NCBI GenBank assembly: GCA_028279595.1
Contig: JANQNK010000020.1
Location: 192,001-256,000 of the forward strand
From: Thermoplasmatota archaeon
GTDB lineage: Archaea > Thermoplasmatota > JAKEGO01
Reading direction: 5' to 3'
DNA: 64,000 nt
Shown here: positions 17,015 through 30,300 of the stretch, one piece after another
Numbering within the stretch: the first letter of the stretch is position 1
How the letters are laid out: each line of letters starts with the position of its first letter
The notes under the pieces: model-generated
Told to the model about the DNA's origin: nothing
The model's input: only the letters and a program-made list of their open reading frames with translations
The model's database searches: none
Program-made: the position numbers and the translations under genes

Positions 17015-18030
17015 TCAGTCCCAGAACCTGTGCGTCCTGGCGAAGGTGACCTCCGCCTGCAGGATCCCCCTCAGAAGCTCCAGCTCGTCGTAGCCATACA
17101 GGCGCAGGAGCCTCGCTGCCGTCTTGGGGCCGACGCCCCTCGCGGCGAGGGCCATCAGGGCCCTGTCGCCGTGCTCGCGGACCAGGTTAGCCGAGAGCTG
17201 CAGCGGCCGCGCCTTCTCCTTCGACGAAAATGAATCCTTAAGGTCCTTCCTCTCCGCCTTCCAGGGCCGCATGGCGGCGACCATGGTCGAGCCGCACCTC
17301 GTGCATTCGTAGGTCCTGTCCTTCTCGGCCATGCCGTGGAAGACCGTCCTGCAGGACATGCAGACGAGGGCCATTCGCTGAGCCCTCAACCGGTTCTCGA
17401 GCGCCCGGAGGATCGCGCTGTCCGACCTGAACGGCCTCATGAGGTCCCCGTAGCGGTCCATCCCGCTCCGTCCAATGGGTGAGAGGGCCGTCATCTCGAC
17501 ATCTATGTCCGACGCCTGCATCGCTCCCAGGACCTCCGCCGCACGCTCTATGTCCATCCTGTCCCAGAGATAGCTCTCCATGGCCTCCTCGAACAGGACC
17601 GTTCCCTTGTACCTCTGGACGACGGTAGTGCCGAAACGTGAGATGTCCGCCTCCCTGCGGACCGCCCCGAACTTGCGGGCGACCTGGAAGAGGTGCCACC
17701 TGACCTCGTTCGAGTTGAGCAGTGATTTCCTGATGATGGTCTCCAGGGTATCCGGGTCGGTCTCCGTGAGGAGTCTCTGGACCTCGTATGCCGCACGCGG
17801 CATGTTCGTCCTGATGAGCACCCTCGAGGGATCTACCTGCTTCGACACCGAGGCGCCGCTCTTCGCAGCGATCATCGTCGACAGGAAGTGGCCAAGGGCC
17901 ATGTTCGTCCTCGACCCGAACGGCGAATTGACGACCACCAACCCTCCAGCGTCCTCGATGGTCACAAGGTCGTCTGAGGGCATCGGTCTCGGATGCCTTT
18001 GAAGGAATCGGACAAGCCTCTCCCGGCCCT
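17015..18030 (-). pseudogene. lhr: C-terminal fragment of an archaeal Lhr-type helicase (RecA helicase core absent)
   Basis: Motifs P-SDDLVTIE..VVVNSPFGSRTNMALG, WHLFQVARKFG, Zn-finger CMSC..CTRCGS, ALAARGVGPKTAARLL..RFWD. No Walker A or DEAH motif. The frame runs into AT-rich, non-coding-like DNA at ~18030; ORF-track start 18127 looks spurious. Confidence 0.7.
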
Positions 18031-18242
18031 CGATAATTATATCTGCTTCCACGGGACTCCCCTTATCACTGATGATATTTAACGGTTGTAGTCTGTGTGA
18101 CTCGGTCGAGCTCCTTGGACCATACATGTTAGGGTCATTTCATAAATCTGAGGCGATTTCAACCCATTTCTTATCAATAAATGATTGTTTGGTGGGGTAC
18201 ACTATTATAACACAAATCTCCCTATAAATAAATTGGGGCTGT

Positions 18243-18351
18243 TTTAAATATATATGAACCTGCATTCTACATTTCCTTGAAAAGTGCCCTCCAAACGTAG
18301 GCGCATGAAAACCCATATATACGAGGTTTTCAGTCGTTTCGTTGGAGGTGA
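18243..18351 (+). promoter_or_regulatory. Promoter region and SD of the giant gene
   Basis: TTTAAATATATA at ~18243-18254; inverted repeat TGAAAACC-N11-GGTTTTCA (18306-18332) enclosing ATATATA; GGAGGTGA at 18344-18351. Confidence 0.55.
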
Positions 18352-18357
18352 ACACTG

Positions 18358-21300
18358 ATGAGAAAATCAGTAGCTACAGCGCTAGTAATGGCTTTGTTAG
18401 TACAGATGATAAGCGCGGGTGTGCTTATCACGATGAACGAGAGGACCCCCGGAGTGCTCCAAGATGAGTCCCGGGTCCATGGCGACGAAATGTCCGCCAA
18501 CGGTATTAAAACGGGTCTATCCGTTGAAATATCCGGTCCGCCGACCGCTGAGGTCGGCGAGATAGTTGAGTATACGATCACGGTGACGAATACGGGAAGT
18601 GTAGACCTTTACATCCCGTTGATGACCGATACGCTGCTAGGGGACCTTACAGGTAGGATAAGCGGCGGTGTCATCACGGAGGATGAGGGTTTCGAGACAT
18701 TTACCGTTACCCACTACGTACTTGCGACCGACTCCGATCCGTTGTACAACAATATTACAGTGGACGGTGAGGACAAGAACGGAGGGGACCAGGTCCAAGA
18801 CTCCGACGACCACACCATCGATATCCTGTCCACTGGTGTCTCGATAGAGCTCACCGGTCCGGAATCGGCGGAGGTCGGAGACCCCGTCACCTACACCGTC
18901 GAGGTCGTCAACACCGGAGAGGTCGACCTCTACATCACATCCCTCATGGACACGCTGGCCGGAGACCTGAGCGGTCTCATCAGCGGTGGCGTCATCACCA
19001 CAGAGGAGGGATCCGAGCAGTTCATTTATCCATACATAGTGAAGAAGACGGTCTCGGACCCGCTGGTGAACCACATATCCGTCAGGGGACAGAACATCAA
19101 TTCTGCAGATGTCGTTTCAGATTCGGACAGACATTCTGTCGACATCGTTGAGACCGTGATACCAGAGACCCCAGGACCCCTTGCCGATACAGGGGACGAG
19201 ACCGGCGTGACCATCGAGAAGTCCGGTCCCACATCGGCAGAGGTGGGCGAGACGATCACCTACGACATCACAGTTACCAACACGGGGAGTGTCGATCTTT
19301 ACATCACCTCCCTTTCGGACCCCCTTGTTGGTGATCTGAGCGATGAGATCAGTGGCGACGTGATAACGACGACCGAGGGTTCAGAGACCTTCTCGTATAC
19401 GTATACGGTGCAGGCCACGGACTCCGATCCGCTCGTCAACACGATATCGGTCGAAGCCGACAACGAGGCAGGCGACGACCCTGTGGATGATTCCGACACA
19501 CATTCTGTGAACCTCCTGTACACCGGGATCACCATAACCAAGAGCGGCCCCACGACCGCGGAGGTCGGCGAGGAGATCACTTACACCGTAGAGGTAGAGA
19601 ACACCGGCGAGGTTGACCTGACGATCACCTCCCTGACGGACACCGTCGGTGGCGACCTCAGCGGAGAGATCTCCGACGGCGTCATCACAACGACCGAAGG
19701 GTCGGAGACCATCACCTACACCTACACGGTGCAGGATTCAGACTCCGATCCTTTCGGCAATACTGTAACCGTGACCGCCACGAACGGCAACTCGGGCGAC
19801 AGCGTCACTGACTCCGACACCCATTCGGTCGACATCCAGAACACCGGTGTGACCGTTACCAAGACGGCACCGGCGACCGCCGAGATCTGGCAGATCATAA
19901 CCTACACCATCACGGTGACGAACACCGGGGACACGGACCTCTACATAACGGCCCTTAGCGATACCCTGCTGGGCGATCTCAAGACGAAGATCAGCGGCGG
20001 GAAGATCACCACCTCCGAGGGCTTCGAGACGTTCACGTACACCTACATCGTGACATCGAACGAGGACCCCCTCGACAACTCGATTACCGTCATAGGTGAG
20101 AACGAGTACGGAGAGGACCAGGTCACCGACACGGCCTCGCACACTGTGGATATCCTGTTCACCGATTTCACAGTCGAGAAGACCGGCCCTGCAAAGGCAT
20201 TTGTTGGTGAGGAGATAACATACACCGTCACCATCACGAACACCGGAGAGGTCGACCTTTATATAGGTTCGATCACCGACACGTTCGTTGGCGACCTTAC
20301 CGACGAGGTACCCGGCGGAGTCATAGACGTAGGCGACTATGCGGAGTTCAGCTACACGTGGACCGTGCTTTCCACCTCCCACGATCCACTGGCGAACGCC
20401 GTGAACGTCAATGCGGAGAACCAGTACGGAAGCGACTGGATCAGCGACTCGGACGGCCATTCCCTCGACGTGCTGTGGACCGGCGTCTCCATCGAGAAGA
20501 CCGGACCAACGACCGCTGAGGTCGGAGAGACGATAACGTACACGATAACCGTCACGAACGAGGGCGATGTCGATCTCTTCATCACATCCCTCCTGGACGA
20601 CCAGTACGGCGACCTCAGCGATTACATCACTGGGGACAAGATCACCACGAAGGAAGGCTCGGAGACCTTCACCTACGATTACACGGTCCAGGCCGGAGAT
20701 GACAACCCGCTCGTCAACACGATCACCGTCGTCGGCGAGAACAAGTTCGGCGACAACGAGGTAACAGACTCGGACAGCTGGACCGTCGAACTCGTCGGGA
20801 CCGACGTCGAGATAACCAAGAGCGGTCCGGAGACCGCCATGGTCGGCGAGACGATCACCTACACGTTCACGGTCACCAACACCGGTGTCGTGGACCTCTA
20901 CATAGACTCGATCACCGACACCGTTCTGGGAGACCTAACCAGCTACGTCACGAGCCCGATCGCGAACGGCGGCTCGGACACATTCACTGTCGATTACGTC
21001 GTTCCGTCGACTGCTTCTGACCCGCTCGAGAACACCGTCACCATCGAGGCGTCCAACGAGCACGGCGAGAACGACGTGACCGACACTGCTAGCCACTCCT
21101 GCGACCTGCTCAGGACCGGCGTGTCGATCACCAAGAGCGGTCCAACGAGCGGTGAGATCGGAGAGGAGGTCACCTACACGATCGTCGTCACGAACGAGGG
21201 CGACGTTGACCTCTACATCACCTCTCTGATAGACGACGAGCTCGGCACCCTCACGGACGATATCACCGACGGCGTCATCACGACGACCGAGGGATCCGAG

Positions 21301-24300
21301 ACGGTCTACGTGACACACACCCTGACCGTGAACGACGACGACCCGCTCATCAACACGGTCACAGTCATCGGCACCAACAGCGCAGAGGGCGATGAGGTAA
21401 CGGACTCCGACACACACACCTTGGACATCCTGCGTACGGGCGTGGACGTGACCAAATCCGGTGCGGATGACGCCGAGGTCGGCGAGAGCATCGATTACAC
21501 GATAACCGTGGAGAACACCGGCGCGGTGGACCTGACGATAACCTCCCTTAGCGATACCCTGCTCGGAAGCCTGATGTCCTACCTGACAGACGAGGACACC
21601 GGTAATGCCGGGATCCAGATACTTGTAGGTAGTACACAGACGATCACCTACACCTACACTGTCACCGATGAGACCGACGTTCTCGAGAACACGGTGACCG
21701 TCATTGGCGAGAACGGCAATAGCGATGACGAGGTCACCGATTCAGCCTCCTGGAGCCTCGATGTGCTCAGGACCGGGATCGAGGTCACGAAGGATGGACC
21801 TGCGTCCGCTGAGGTCGGAGAGGAGATAACTTACACCATCAGGATAACCAACATCGGAGATGTTGAAGTCGAGATCACCACGATCAATGACAACCTGTTA
21901 GGAGACCTCATCGGCGAACTGACTACGACGACCATAGCGGTCGGGGAATATATCGAGTTCACAGTCACTTACACGGTCCCCGCGGTCATCGGAAGCCTCT
22001 ACAATATCGTGACGGTCCTTGCCGAGAACCAGTACGGGGACGACAGCACTTCGGATTCTGACGACCACACTTGCCGGGTACTGCGTACCGGTGTGACCAT
22101 ATCGAAGGACGGCCCGTCGGATGCTCAGATCGGTGAGACGATCACATACACGATCAGGGTCACGAACACTGGTGCTGTGGACCTCACGATCACATCATTG
22201 ACCGACACACTCCTCGGAAACCTGCTCACGGAGATAAGCGGCGGTGTGATCACCACCACCGAGGGTTTTGAGGAGTTCACCTACGATTACACCGTACTCG
22301 CGGGGGACGACGATCCCCTCGACAACTCGATAACCGTCACCGGACAGAACAGCAACAGCGCGGATCCAGTAACGGATTCGGACGCCCACATCGTGGACCT
22401 CGAGTACACTGGACTGACCGTGATCAAGGAGGGTCCCTCCTCAGCCGAGGTCGGCGAGGAGATCACCTACGAGTTCACCATCAAGAACCCCGGTGAGGTC
22501 GATCTCTACATCACGACGTTCTTTGACACCCTTCTGGGCGACATCCTCGCAGCGGAGGGCTACGGAGCAAGCAATCCGCTCGTCGTAGAGCCGAACATCG
22601 ACTCCTTCTTCGACATCACCTACGAGATCGAGTTCGAGGACGACGACCCCCTTCCGAACACCGTGACCGTCACAGGTGAGAACGAGTTCGGTGAGGACGA
22701 GGTAACGGATACCGACGACCATTCCGTTGACATCAAGTTCGCCGGAATGGAGATCACCAAGGAAGGACCCGCAAGCGCCGAGGTGGGCCAGACAGTGACC
22801 TACACGATCACAGTGAAGAACACCGGAGAGGTCGATCTGGTCGTCACGAAGCTCGATGACGACGTCCTCGGGGACATCCTGGCAATGAACGATTATGATG
22901 AACTGAACCCGCTCGTGGTCGATCCGTTCACCGACTCGTTCTTCGACATCGAATACGAGATCGAGTTCGACGACCCAGACCCACTGATCAACACGGTCGT
23001 GGGAGAGGGCGAGAACCAGTACGGGGCCGACCCGCAGTCCGACGAGGCGAGCCATTCACTCGACATACTCCGCTCCGGTCTCACCATAGAGAAGACCGGA
23101 CCCGAGACCGCCCAGGTGGGAGAGACCATCACCTATACCATCAAGATAACTAACACCGGACAGGTGGACCTCGACGTCACCTACCTGTACGACACACTGC
23201 TGGGCGACCTGCTCAGCGACCTTGCCACGGGTACGATCGCCGCTGGCACAACCGAGACGTTGACATACACATATACGATCGGCGAGGACGACCTCGACCC
23301 ACTACCCAACGCGGTCACCATCAGGGCCGAGAACCAGTACGGTCAGGACCAGGTCTCGGATACCGACGACCACGAGGTCGACATCAAGTACGCTAACATC
23401 TCCGTGGACAAGGAGGGACCCGCGACGGCACAGATCGGTGAGACGATCACGTACACGATCACCGTGTCGAACCCGGGCGAGGTCGATGTGACGATAACAT
23501 CACTGGACGATACCCTTCTGAACGACCTGCTCTCGTACCTGACGGACGAGGACGCCTCGGAGCCAGGAGTACAGATCCTCGCTGGCAGCAGCCAGTCCTT
23601 CACATACGATTACACGATACCCCTCCAGCCCGAGGACCCGACCCCCAACTCGATAGCCGTAGTGGCAGAGAACTACTTCGGCGAGGACGAGGTCAGGGAC
23701 TCGGCCAGCCACTCCGTGGACATTCTCCGCTCCTCGATCACGATCTCGAAGGCGGCACAGGACGAGGCGGAGGTCGGCGAGTCGATCGAGTACACGATAA
23801 CCATCGTGAACGACGGCGAGGTCGATCTCACGATCACCTACCTGTATGACTCCCTCGGAGGCGACCTGAGCGGTCAGATAAGCGGCGGTGTCATCACCGT
23901 CAGCGAGTATTTCGAGACCGTCACCTACACGTACACTGCTCCCTACTCGCCGGACCCGCTCGAGAACACGGTATGGGTCAATGGCGAGAACAGCAATGGA
24001 GAGGACGTCGCATCCGATTCTGCGAGCCATTCGGTCGACATACTCCACGTCGACATCAGCATCGACAAGGAGGGACCGATCTCGGCCCAGGTGGGCCAGA
24101 CGATCACCTACACGATAACCATAACGAACGAGGGAGAGGTCGACGTATACGTCACATCCCTTACCGACACACTGCTCGGCGATCTCATCGGAGAGCTCAC
24201 GGACACAGAGATCCCCGAGGGAACCTCCGTTTCCTTCGACTACGAATACACCGTACTATCGACCGACCCGGACCCGCTCGACAACGAGATATCAGTGGCA

Positions 24301-27300
24301 GTGGTCAACGGTCATGAAGCGGACCCGGATTCAGATACTGACGGACACCGGGTGGACCTGCTCTTCCCTGGTGTCGAGATCACGAAGGAGGGACCGTCCT
24401 CCGCCATGGTCGGCGAGACCATAACCTACACCATCACGGTGACCAACACCGGCGCCACCGATCTCGTTCTTACCAAGTTGGAAGACTCGATCGAGGGCGA
24501 CCTCCTCAGCTACATATCCGACAACGAGATAACACTGTCCGAGGGCTTCGAGAGCTTCACCTACACCTACACCATTCTATCGACCGACACAGATCCTCTC
24601 GCCAACACGATCACCGTGGAGGGTGAGAACGAATACGGCGCGTCGGACGTCAGCGACACGGCGAGCCATTCGGTGGACATCCTTTACACTGACGCGACAA
24701 TCGAGAAGACCGGCGATGCGAGCGCAGAGGTCGGTCAGACGATCGAATACACCGTCACCATCGAGAACACTGGCGACGTCGACCTTTACGTTTACTCGCT
24801 CTACGACACGCTCGTCGGCGATCTGACAAGCCAGATAACCGATGGCGTCATCGAGGTCGACGAGATAGAGGTCATCACATACTCACACACCGTCACCATG
24901 ACGGATCCCGACCCGCTCACGAACACGGTCTCCCTGACCGCATACAACAGATACCAGACCGACACCCTGTTCATCTTCGACGACCACGAGGTCGACATCA
25001 AGTACACGGGCATGACCGTGACCAAGACCGGTCCTGTGTCCGGCGAGGTCGGCGAGGAGATCATGTACACGATATCCATCGAGAACACTGGCGAGGTCGA
25101 TCTATACATAACCGAGTTCGACGACAGCCTCCTCGATGACCTTCTGGTCTACTTCGGTTACGACGAACTCGACCCATTGGTCATAGGGGCAGGGGTGGAA
25201 TCCTTCTTCGACGTCTACTACACCATCGAGTTCGACGATACCGATCCGCTGCTTAACACTGTTACAGTAGAGGGCGAGAACCAGTACGGAGGCAATCCGC
25301 AGTCGGGCGAGGACAGCCACTCCGTGGACATCAAGTACACCAGGATGGAGGTCACCAAGACGGCCCAGCAGACGGCGGAGGTGGGCGAGGAGGTCAAATG
25401 GACCATCACCATCAAGAACACAGGCGAGGTCGATCTGGTCATCACCAAGGTCGACGACTCCCTGCTCGGGGACATCCTTGCGGATGCAGGTTACGGTCCT
25501 CTCAATCCGCTCATCATCGAGCCCACGTTCGATTCGTTCTTCGACGTCTTCACCGAGATCGAGGTCGACGGCGCCGATCCCCTCATCAACCGCGTGACCG
25601 TCGAGGGAGAGAACCAGTACGGAGAGGACGGACAGGAGGACGAGGACAGCCATTCCATCAACATCCTCCGCTCCGGCATCGAGATCGAGAAGACCGGGCC
25701 GACCGACGCTGTGCTTGGCGACGAGATCACCTACACGATCACCATCAGGAACATCGGCGAGGTCGACCTCTACATCACCTCGCTCCAGGACACACTTCTG
25801 GGCGACCTGATCGGAGAGATAACCAATCCGATCGCTGCGGGTACGACAGTCACCTTCGACTACACGTACATAGTGTCCGGCAGGGACGACGACCCGCTAC
25901 CGAACACGATCACGGTCAATGCGTGGAACCAGTACGATGCCGATCCCGTCAGTGACTCCGATGGTCACTCCGTGGACCTCCACTACACCGGAGTCACCAT
26001 CGAGAAGACCGGACCCGTTGACGCAGAGGTGTTCGAGGAGATCACATACTGGATCACCGTTACGAACACCGGGGACACTGACCTGCACATCGATACACTG
26101 ACCGACTCCGTCATAGGCGACCTCAGCACCTATATCTCCGATGGGGTGATCACGGTCGCCGAGGGCTCCGAGACGTTCTCGTATGAATACACCGTGACCG
26201 ACACACCCGATCCGCTGGTCAATACCGTGACCGTCGTCGGTACCAACTCCAACGAGATCGACTCGGTCACTGCGACCGACTCCCACTCTGTTGACGTCCT
26301 CTACACGGGCGTCGACATCAGGAAGACCGGACCGTCCACCGCGACGGTAGGCGAGACGATCACCTACACCGTGGAGATCGAGAACACCGGAGAGGTCGAC
26401 CTCTACGTGACATCCCTGGTCGACACCCTCGTTGGCAACGTCATCGGACTCCTGGACGACACCGTCATCGGTGTCGGAGAGACCGACACGATCACCTACC
26501 AGCACACAGTGACATCGACCTACGATCCGCTCCCGAACGGAATCAACATCAACGTCGAGAACCAGTTCCAGAGCGACTGGAAGAGCGACAACGACGACCA
26601 CTCGGTCGATATCCTGCGCACCGGGGTCGAGATCACCAAGACCGGACCCGAGAGCGCTATACCGGGCCAGACGATAACCTACACCGTAGAGATATACAAC
26701 TACGGCGAGGTGGACCTCTGGATATTCTACCTCTGGGACTCCCTCGTGGGCGACATCAGCGGTCTCGTCTCCAACCCGATCGCTGCTGGCACGACACAGA
26801 CGATCACTTACACCTATACCGTCCAGGAGGACGATACCGATCCCCTGCCGAACAACGTCTACGGTCGCGGATGGAACCGCTTCCAGACCGATGTAGTGGA
26901 TGACGAGGACGGTCATTCCGTGGACCTCAAGTACACGGGCGTCGAGATAACGAAGGATGGACCTGATGACGCGAAGTCCGGCGAGACAATAACCTACACG
27001 ATATCCATCAAGAACACGGGCGAGGTGGACCTCTACGTCACCGACCTCGACGATACGATCCTGGGAGACCTGACGACCGAGGTCACCAACCCGATCGCTC
27101 CCGGGGACACATTCACCTTCACGTACGACTACACCGTCCAGAGCACCGACTCCGATCCGCTGTTGAACGAGATCACGGTAACCGCCAGTAACGAGGCAGG
27201 TGGAGACGAGGTAACTGACACAGCAAGCCACTCGGTCGACCTCATGCTCATCGACGTCACGATCGAGAAGACCGGACCGGAGACCGCTGAAGTGTGGGAG

Positions 27301-30300
27301 CCGATCACATATACGGTCACGATCACGAACACTGGAGACGTGGACCTGTATATCACGTACCTCGACGACGATGTCATCGGCGACCTGAGCGGCAACGTCG
27401 ATCCGAACCCGATCCCCGCCGGGGATTCGGTCGAATTCTCGTACCAGTACACCGTTACGGCGGCACCGGACCCGCTCGTGAACGAGATAACCCTGATCGG
27501 CGAGAACGAGCTCGGCGAGGACACCATCACCGCCTCGGACACACACTCCGTCGACATCCTCTATACAGGTATAGAGATAGTGAAGACCGGTCCCGACACA
27601 GCCTTCGTAGGTGAAGAGATCACTTACGACGTCACCGTGACCAACACCGGAGAGGTCGACTACTACGTCACCTATCTCGACGACACCCTTGTGGGCGACA
27701 TGACGTCCTACATCACCGACGATGTCATCACCCTGTCGGAGGGCTCCGAGAGCTTCTCTTACACGTGGACCGTCACGAACGAGTACGATCCGCTACCGAA
27801 CGCGATAAACATCAACGGCCAGAACCAGTACGGAAGCGACTGGGTCAGCGACTCGGACGGGCACTCCTGCGACATCCTCCTGACGGGCATCGAGGTCACC
27901 AAGGACGGACCGAGCGAGGCCCTTGTGGGCGAGGAGATCACCTACGAGTTCACCGTGAAGAACACCGGCGAGATGGACCTCTACATATCCACACTCTATG
28001 ACGACGTCCTGGGAGACCTGAGCAGCTACATCAGCAACCCGATCGGCGCCGGCGACACCGAGTCATTCACCGTCGATTACGTCGTGACCGGCGAGGAGGG
28101 CGATCCCCTCGTGAACACGATCACAGCAACAGGCGCCAACATCTTCGGCGGTGGCGAGGTGACCGATACTGCCACCCACCAGTGCGACATCCTGTTCACC
28201 GGAGTGACGGTCGAGAAGGATGGACCGACCACAGCACTGGTCGGCGAGGAGATAACCTATACGATCACCGTGACGAACACCGGTGATGTGGACCTTTACA
28301 TCAAGGACCTCTACGATACGTTCATAGGAAATGTCACTGGCGATATCACCGACGGCGTGATCACGGTAGCCGAGGGCTATCAGACCTTGACCTACACGCA
28401 TACGGTCGGCGAGACACCCGACCCGATCATCAACACCGTCACCGTGACCGGCAAGAACGAGGTCGGCGGCGGCAAGGTTACCGATACCGACACCCATGAG
28501 TGCGACGTACACCACACTGGCGTCAGGATCGAGAAGACCGGACCTGCCACCGCACAGGTGGGCCAGGAGATCACCTACACGATAACCGTGTGGAACACCG
28601 GTGACACCGACCTTTACATCAGCTCGCTCTACGACAGCCTGCTGGGAGAGCTCAAGACCTACATCACTGCCGGTGTCATAACCACCGGTGAGGGCTTCGA
28701 GTCGTTCACGTACACCTACACGATAACCGGCGATGAGGACGATCCACTCATCAACGAGATAACTGTCTACGGCGACAACGAGATCCAGGGCGATCCCGTG
28801 TCCGACACCACGAGCCACGAGTGCGACATCCTCAGGACCGGTATCCGCGTCGAGAAGATCGGACCGGACACGGCAGAGGTCGGTGAGACGATAACCTATG
28901 AGCTATGGGTCCACAACACAGGCGAAGTGCCAATCACCTTCGACACCATCGAGGACACCCTGACAGGCCCACACTCCTTGGGCAGTGGAGTCACTCTAGG
29001 CGTCGGACAATCCGGTTACCTGGAAGTGGACTACGTCGTGACCGAATTATACGACCCGATCGAGAACACCATGACCGTCACTGGCTACAACGCATATGAT
29101 TCGGATCCTGTGACCGCTTCCGACACCCACGAGGTTGACGTCCTGAGAACGGGTGTCAGTATCTTGAAGTGGGCTCAAGCGACCGCAGAGGTGGGCGAGA
29201 CGGTCCTGTACACGATAGAGATCTACAACGAGGGCGAGGTCGATCTGTACATCACGTCACTGTGGGACTCATATCTGGGCGAGATATCCCACTGGCTGGA
29301 CGACCTGGTCATCACGACCGAGGAGGGCTACGTGACGCTCTACTATAACATCATCGTGTCCGATCAATTCGATCCGCTGACCAACCTTGTCGAAGTCTAT
29401 TGCGAGAACTACTACGAGAGCGACCAGGTGATGGAGTGGGATGACCACGAGCTCGACATCCTCCGCACGGGTATGGAGGTCACCAAGACCGGACCGCAGA
29501 CAGCGATGATCGGCGAGGAGATCGAGTATACAATCGGCATTGAGAACACCGGCGAGGTGGACCTCTACATCACCTCCATGGACGATACACTGCTCGGAGA
29601 CCTTCTCGACTATCTCGGATACGGACCATCCAATCCTCTCATCATCGAGCCTTACGTAGAATCGTTCTTCGACGTCTTCTTCGACATCACAGTGGACCTG
29701 GAGGATCCGCTCCCGAATACGGTCACCGTCACTGGTACCAACAGCAACGGCGAGGACACTGTCCAGGACAGCGACAGCCACGAGGTCGACATACTCAGGA
29801 CCGGCGTCAGGATCGAGAAATCCGGACCGGCGTCCGCTGAGGTCGGCGAGACCATCACATATACGGTCAAGATCACGAACACCGGTGAGGTTGACCTCTA
29901 TATCTGGTACCTTGAGGACTTCCTTGTTGGCAGCCTGATCGGTATGATAACCAACCCGATCGCACCTGGCGTCACCGTGACCATCACCTATCAATACACT
30001 GTCCAGGAGAATGACCCCGATCCTCTCTATAACTGGGTATATGTCGAGGCTCTCAACGAGTACGATTCCGACTACGTCTGGGATTTCGATGAAGTTAATG
30101 TCGACGTACTCTACGCCGGACTGACAATCGAGAAGACCGGACCGGAGTCCGCATGCCTTGGTGAGATCATCACCTACACGATAACCATCAGGAACACCGG
30201 CGAGGTGGACCTCTATCCGACCTATCTGCAGGATACGCTCGGAGGCAACCTTATCAGCCAAATCACCGACGGCGTGATTGAGGTCGGAGAGACCGAGACC

